Source: an uncultured delta proteobacterium
Lineage (GTDB): Bacteria; Myxococcota; Myxococcia; Myxococcales; Myxococcaceae
DNA length: 64,000 nt
Direction of reading: 5' to 3'
Assembly: GCA_963713045.1 (NCBI GenBank)
Contig: CAVQKE010000007.1
Span: forward strand, 546,279 to 610,278
The position numbers and the translations under genes are program-made. Of the stretch, positions 59,487 through 64,000 are shown one piece after another. The notes under the pieces are model-generated. The model saw only the letters and a list, made by a program, of their open reading frames with translations. It searched no databases and was not told where the DNA came from. Position 1 is the stretch's first letter, and each line of letters starts with the position of its first letter.

Positions 59487-59493
59487 GCGAAAA

Positions 59494-59508
59494 TGCTGCG
59501 GCGCAGCA
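59494..59508. promoter_or_regulatory. PhaR-type operator TGCTGCG-G-CGCAGCA
   Basis: Perfect palindrome containing CTGC-N3-GCAG, 7 bp from the -35. Confidence 0.75.
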
Positions 59509-59517
59509 AAACGCCAG

Positions 59518-60018
59518 CTATCGCCGGCGCTTGCGGACCGTCTTCTTCAGCTGGTCCACCTCGCGCCGGAGGGCTTCGACTTCTCTGGACACCGCACCGG
59601 TCGAAGCCGGGTGGACTGCACCGCGGTCCGGGCCGAAGAAATTGGCGAAGGTGTCGGCTGGGGTGAACGCGGCGGCAAAGGGGTTGAGAGCGCCGACGGC
59701 GCCCATCCCGGCGCGGGCCTGCAGGTACAACTCCAAGGCTCGGGTGACGTACCGCCCAAGGAAGTCGGCCAGCGCGTCATCCCCCATCCGAATCAGCTGG
59801 TGCAGCAGCGGGACTGGCAGCAGCTGCGCCGCATTGCTGTCCTCCATGATGATTTGCGTCAGCGTGGCTTGGGTCAGGTCGGCGCCGGACTTGGCATCCA
59901 CCACTCGGACTTCCGCCCCTTGGCGGACCTTGGCCGCAATTTCCCCGAGCGTGACGTAGTGGCTCGCTTCGGCATCGTAGAGGCGACGGTTTCCATATTT
60001 TTTGATGACCACAGCCAT
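59518..60018 (-). CDS. phaR: PHA synthesis repressor
   Basis: IKKYGNRRLYD...YVTL...VVDAKSGADLT..TLTQII.E...LLP...LHQLIR. Confidence 0.95.
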   Translation of the reverse strand: MAVVIKKYGNRRLYDAEASHYVTLGEIAAKVRQGAEVRVVDAKSGADLTQATLTQIIMEDSNAAQLLPVPLLHQLIRMGDDALADFLGRYVTRALELYLQARAGMGAVGALNPFAAAFTPADTFANFFGPDRGAVHPASTGAVSREVEALRREVDQLKKTVRKRRR

Positions 60019-60188
60019 GGCCCGCCCCCTTTCTGGACCCGGACCTATACTACCGCACCAAGGGCGCAGGAATTGCGTTCGCCCTCGCCGTGTGCTGCTG
60101 GTGCGAGAGAGGCGCACGCCTGCGCAGCATCCCGCCAAAAAAGGGTCGTTTCCTTCCGGCGCGGGTTGGCTAAGCTTCCTGACCAAAC

Positions 60189-60986
60189 ATGTACTTTGCC
60201 TACCAACTGCAGCGCGCGCTGCGCGAGCCGCTTCATCTGTGGGCCACGGCGAACCAGGCACTCTGGTCCCATCCCGCACTCGCCGGCAGTCCGTTGACTC
60301 GAACGTTGACGGCGGTCAGCGAGCTGGTGGAACGGTCGACGCGCCACTATGCCAAGCCGTCCTTCGGCCTTCACACGGCGGAGGTCGCCGGCCAAACGGT
60401 GGCGGTGCAGGAGCAGGTGGTCCTCGAAACGCCCTTCTGCAACCTGGTGCACTTCCGGCGGGACACCTCGGCCTCGCACCCGAAGGTGCTGGTGGTGGCA
60501 CCGCTGTCTGGCCACCACGCCACGCTGGTACGCGAGACGCTGCGGACCTTGCTTTCCGACCACGACGTCTACGTCACCGACTGGCTCGACGCGCGTCTCA
60601 TCCCGGTTTCGGCCGGCCCCTTTGACTTGGATGACTACATCGTCCTGATGCAGCGCATGATTCGACACCTCGGTCCGGACCTGCACGTGGTGTCGGTTTG
60701 CCAGCCGGCGGTGGCAGTGCTTTCGGCCATTTCGCTCCTGGCCGAGGAGGAGCCGGCGGCTCAGCCCCGCACCATGGTGCTGATGGCGGGGCCAGTCGAT
60801 ACCCGCGTCAACCCGACCGAGGTCAATCGCCTCTCAGAGACACGGCCCTTGGAGTGGTTCGAGCGCTGGGCGCTCGACCGCGTGCCGGCCAATGAGCCCG
60901 GCGCCGGGCGCCGGGTGTGCCCGGGCTACGTCCAGCTGAACGGCTTCGTCTCGATGAACGTGGACCGGCACATCGCGGCCCATTGG
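60189..60986 (+). pseudogene. phaZ: Intracellular PHA depolymerase, N-terminal part only (broken by the junction)
   Basis: YAKPSFG, PFCNL, VAPLSGHHATL, DVYVTDW, VCQP, MAGPVDTR, SMNVDRHIAAHW; similarity ends there. Confidence 0.88.
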
Positions 60987-61406
60987 AACGGCGACAAGAT
61001 GACGATCGGCAGCTACACGCTCGTGTGCCGTTCCTATACCGACGAAGATTTTCCTAACTACGCGGGGGAGTGGGCCGTGCTCGATGTGTTCAAGGGAGGC
61101 AAGCAGATCGACACGCTGACCCCCGAGCGCCGCTTCTACAAGGCCAGCCGCCAGACTTCGACCATGCCGTTCATTCGCTCCACGCTCAATGAAGATCTTT
61201 ATGTGGTGTACGAGGGCTTGAATCAGGATACGGGGCGGCCGATTTTGAAGGTGCATCTCAATCCTCTGGTCATGTGGATTTGGCTGGGGGTATGGATCAT
61301 CCTGGGCGGCACCGTGCTGGCGCTGATCCCGAACGCCCCGGCTCCGGTCCGCGTGCCCGCCGCTAGATTGGTGGAGCACGCAGCTCCCGTGGCCACGGGA
61401 GACTGA
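60987..61406 (+). pseudogene. ccmF: Cytochrome c biogenesis heme lyase CcmF, C-terminal fragment fused in frame to phaZ
   Basis: LTPERRFY...T.P.IRST..EDLYVV...NPLVMWIWLG; followed by ccmH. Confidence 0.85.
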
Positions 61407-61450
61407 AGAGCAAAAGAGCCAGCTGTTGGACACGGGACAGGAATTTTTGA

Positions 61451-61496
61451 ATGTGGGGACAGCCGCCCTCGGCTGTCCGCCGGGCGCAGCCCGGCG
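61451..61496 (+). repeat. REP-like palindrome (family A), copy 1
   Basis: ATGTGGGGACAGCCG-CCCT-CGGCTGTCC then CGCCGGGC-GCA-GCCCGGCG. Confidence 0.8.
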
Positions 61497-61550
61497 CTCT
61501 TGATTTGCAACGATATGAGATCTCGAAACGTGCGATTAGTGAAACGACGA

Positions 61551-62042
61551 ATGACTACGAGACCTACACAAATTCTCCGCCGCCTGCTGCAGTGCGGGCT
61601 GCTCTGTCTCGCTGTCTTCGGGCTGGCTGGAGCGGGCGATCCCGCGACGCGCTTCAACGAACTCGGCCATCAGATGATGTGCATTTGCGGCTGCGGGCAG
61701 ATTTTGCTGGAGTGCAATCACGTGGGCTGTCCGTCTTCCGACGGCATGCGCAATGAATTGATGACCGCGGTCAGCCGCGGCGACAGCGACAGCCTGGTCG
61801 AGCAATCGTTCGTGCAGAAGTACGGACCGACGGTACTGGCCGCGCCTACGGGCAAAGGTTTTGATCGCACCGCCTGGATTGTTCCCTTTGTCGCGCTGGG
61901 ATTGGGGCTCGGGGTAGTTGTCCTGGTGATCCGAGCCTGGAAGAACCGTCCCGCGCCTGCGATTGCGGAAGGCCTGCGCCCGGTGCGAGGCGCGGAACTC
62001 GAACAATTTCGCGACCAGGCACGCAAGGAGACCGAAATATGA
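61551..62042 (+). CDS. ccmH: Cytochrome c biogenesis protein CcmH
   Basis: MMCICGCGQILLECNHVGC, FVQKYGPTVLAAP, C-terminal TM; start may be 61515. Confidence 0.88.
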   Translation: MTTRPTQILRRLLQCGLLCLAVFGLAGAGDPATRFNELGHQMMCICGCGQILLECNHVGCPSSDGMRNELMTAVSRGDSDSLVEQSFVQKYGPTVLAAPTGKGFDRTAWIVPFVALGLGLGVVVLVIRAWKNRPAPAIAEGLRPVRGAELEQFRDQARKETEI

Positions 62043-62338
62043 TCTTTGAACTGGCGTGCTGTTTTCTGGCGACGGTGGCGGCGGCGTTTTACATTTTCTC
62101 TCCGGGCGCTTTCGATGTTGGGCGGGAGAAGACCCGCGCATCCTACCTCCGCGAACGAAGAGATGCGGTTTACGAAAATCTGCGCGACTTGAATTTCGAA
62201 TTCAAGGCGGGGAAGATGCCCGAGTCCGATTACCTGCCCTTGAAGTCGTCGCTGCAGGACGAAGCCGCCACACTGCTGGCCGAGATCGCGCGCCTGGAGG
62301 CCAAAACCGGACCCGCGCCCAGAAAAGCGAGACCATGA
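62039..62338 (+). CDS. Small membrane-anchored protein, CcmI N-terminal-like
   Basis: ATGA overlap; RDAVYENLRDLNFEFKAGK....DY. Confidence 0.8.
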   Translation: MIFELACCFLATVAAAFYIFSPGAFDVGREKTRASYLRERRDAVYENLRDLNFEFKAGKMPESDYLPLKSSLQDEAATLLAEIARLEAKTGPAPRKARP

Positions 62339-63807
62339 ACCGAGCTCAGACATTGATGAACTATGTGGGGACCGCCCCCGGCTGTCCAGGCGAGCGCACC
62401 TCGACAGCACTTTCTGCGACCTGGCAGCTGCCGGGCTTTGCCCGGCCCGACAGCCGAGGGCGGCTGTCGCCACATGTTCGCATCTCGACATTTCTGTTTG
62501 CTCTCGTTTTTTTGCTTCTGTCAGGTCTTGCCTCGGCCCAAACCCTAACGGGATCGGTAAAAAATTCCACCACAGGCAAGCCCGCTGCGGGGGACGATGT
62601 CGTGCTGCTCAGCCTGGGCCAAGGCATGGAAGAAGCTGGACGAACCAAGACCGACGCCAAAGGCCATTTCAGTTTCAAACTCGATGGACAGGGTCCACAT
62701 CTCATTCGCGTGATTCACCAGGAAGTTACGTATCACCGCATGGCACCTCCGGGAACCACTTCGGTCGAAGTTGAGGTGTATGACGCCGGCAAGAAGGTGG
62801 AGGGCATTGAAGTCGTCGCCGACATCATGCGCTTTCAGGCCTCCCAGGGACAGTTGCAGATCGAGCGTACGTTCGCCGTCGACAATAACTCCAAGCCGCC
62901 ACGTACGCAGATGAACGAGCACAACCTGGAGTTCAACGTGCCCGATGGCGCCACCGTCAACGAGGGCCAGGCGATGACGGCCGGGGGGCAGCCGGTAAAA
63001 TCGGCGCCGGTTCCTGAGGACAATGCGAAGAATCGATACGCGTTTCTGTTTCCCCTTCGTCCCGGCGAGACGCGCTTCAACGTGGTTTACACGGTTCCTT
63101 ACACGGGCAGCGCGAATATCGATCCCAAAACGGTGTACCCTCTGGAACACTTCGTCGCGATTGCGCCCAAGACGATGGAGTTCAGCGCCGCGCCCGGAGC
63201 GAAATATCAAGTCACTCCATTCCCCGGTCAGCCTGACGCGAACGTGGAAGTAGCTTCGAACATGCAGGTCGGGCAGCCCATGGCATTCAAGCTTTCGGGC
63301 GAGGGCAGTCTGGCGGCGCCCGCGGATGAAAACGGCCAGCCGAGCCAAGGCTCGGCTGAGCAGAATGAAAGTCGGCCGGGCGGCGGCCTTGGACCGCCGA
63401 TCGACGCGCCCGATCCGCTACAGAAATATCGCTGGTGGATTCTGGGGGGATTTGCGGCGGCCTTGGTAATCGGGGGAGTCTACGTGGCGTCGAGGCAACA
63501 GGCTTCGAATCGCGCGGCGCGGGCCAAGGGAAAAGGCTTGTCGCCGTTGGAAGAAGATGTCGAGTATGCCGAAGTTCCGGCAGCGCGCGAAGTTCGCGCC
63601 GCAGAGCCGCGTTCGAGCGAACCGCGTATGGGGCCGAGCAGTACGCGCAGTTCTTCCAAACTGCTCGAAGCTCTGAAAGAAGAAATGTTCGAGCTCGAAG
63701 TCGAGCACAAGCAGGGACGCATTTCGCAGCAGGAATACGAGAGCACTAAATCGGCGCTCGACCAGACGCTGCAGCGTGCATTGAAGCGGGAAGCGCAGAA
63801 AGCGTAG
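62335..63807 (+). CDS. Exported/membrane protein of the ccm operon with carboxypeptidase-regulatory-like domain
   Basis: ATGA overlap; LTGSVKNSTTGKPAAG, TKTDAKGHFSF; TM; tail LKEEMFELEVEHKQGRISQQEY. Confidence 0.85.
   Translation: MNRAQTLMNYVGTAPGCPGERTSTALSATWQLPGFARPDSRGRLSPHVRISTFLFALVFLLLSGLASAQTLTGSVKNSTTGKPAAGDDVVLLSLGQGMEEAGRTKTDAKGHFSFKLDGQGPHLIRVIHQEVTYHRMAPPGTTSVEVEVYDAGKKVEGIEVVADIMRFQASQGQLQIERTFAVDNNSKPPRTQMNEHNLEFNVPDGATVNEGQAMTAGGQPVKSAPVPEDNAKNRYAFLFPLRPGETRFNVVYTVPYTGSANIDPKTVYPLEHFVAIAPKTMEFSAAPGAKYQVTPFPGQPDANVEVASNMQVGQPMAFKLSGEGSLAAPADENGQPSQGSAEQNESRPGGGLGPPIDAPDPLQKYRWWILGGFAAALVIGGVYVASRQQASNRAARAKGKGLSPLEEDVEYAEVPAAREVRAAEPRSSEPRMGPSSTRSSSKLLEALKEEMFELEVEHKQGRISQQEYESTKSALDQTLQRALKREAQKA
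62363..62475. repeat. Inverted doublet of family A REP-like palindromes inside the CDS 5' end
   Basis: ATGTGGGGAC---CGCCCCCGGCTGTCC (62363-62387) and inverted GACAGCCGAGGGCGGCTGTCGCCACAT (62449-62475; 26 of 27 identical to copy 1). Confidence 0.8.
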
Positions 63808-63876
63808 AACGGCGCTGGGCTGGTGTCGTCCAGGATAACTCCTTACTTTAGAAGCGTTTATCTGAAATTTCAAAAA

Positions 63877-63916
63877 CCCCACCCTCTCGCCAAAAGCGCG
63901 AGAAGGGTGGGGCACC
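63877..63916. repeat. REP-like hairpin (family B)
   Basis: CCCCACCCT-CTCGC-N7-GCGAG-A-AGGGTGGGG-CACC, downstream of the last gene; single copy in the window. Confidence 0.55.
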
Positions 63917-64000
63917 TGAGCTGGGGCGCTCCGGCTTTCACCCGATTCTCAGGATCGCGAGGAGATGCATCTCTGCCGGTCGCGCGACATCCAATGGAGT

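Noticed and set aside
60189..61406. A single 405-aa membrane-anchored PHA depolymerase
   Set aside because: The C-terminal third is CcmF sequence and the PhaZ catalytic C-terminus is missing; better explained as a junction.
1..64000. CRISPR arrays, tRNA/rRNA genes, transposases and phage genes; also the many long antisense and alternate-frame ORFs in the track
   Set aside because: No repeat-spacer periodicity, RNA gene signature or mobile-element protein motif seen by eye; the overlapping ORFs are expected shadows in high-GC DNA.

Overview
GC-rich bacterial sequence that appears to be two genomes joined at about 60,987. The left ~61 kb looks Myxococcota/deltaproteobacterial (inferred from lipoproteins with DAG/DGG linkers and the type of omega subunit). 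It is accessory-gene rich: aminotransferases, an aminotransferase-MFS-FAD/FeS oxidase operon, large lipoproteins, an RND pump, two ECF sigma modules, a stand-alone rpoZ, a Liv-type ABC transporter and a PHA cluster (bdh, phaC, CoA-transferase, phasin-like gene, phaR, phaZ). The right ~3 kb is the tail of a cytochrome c maturation operon with REP-like palindromes, probably acidobacterial. The junction fuses 5'-phaZ in frame to 3'-ccmF. The two strongest leads are too short for the supplied ORF track. (1) A 40-aa secreted peptide ending CCPFCPHCPFCP lies directly upstream of an ECF sigma and a Cys-rich membrane anti-sigma candidate. (2) An ECF sigma fused to a zinc anti-sigma domain sits among four copies of an AACC-N15/16-GGCTC promoter-like motif. 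These precede osmC, a Cys-rich microprotein, DUF2892 and a small membrane ORF whose UGA is followed by a SECIS-like hairpin (candidate selenoprotein). Several small frameshifts suggest sequencing error and/or gene decay. All family calls come from motif recognition by eye; no searches were run.
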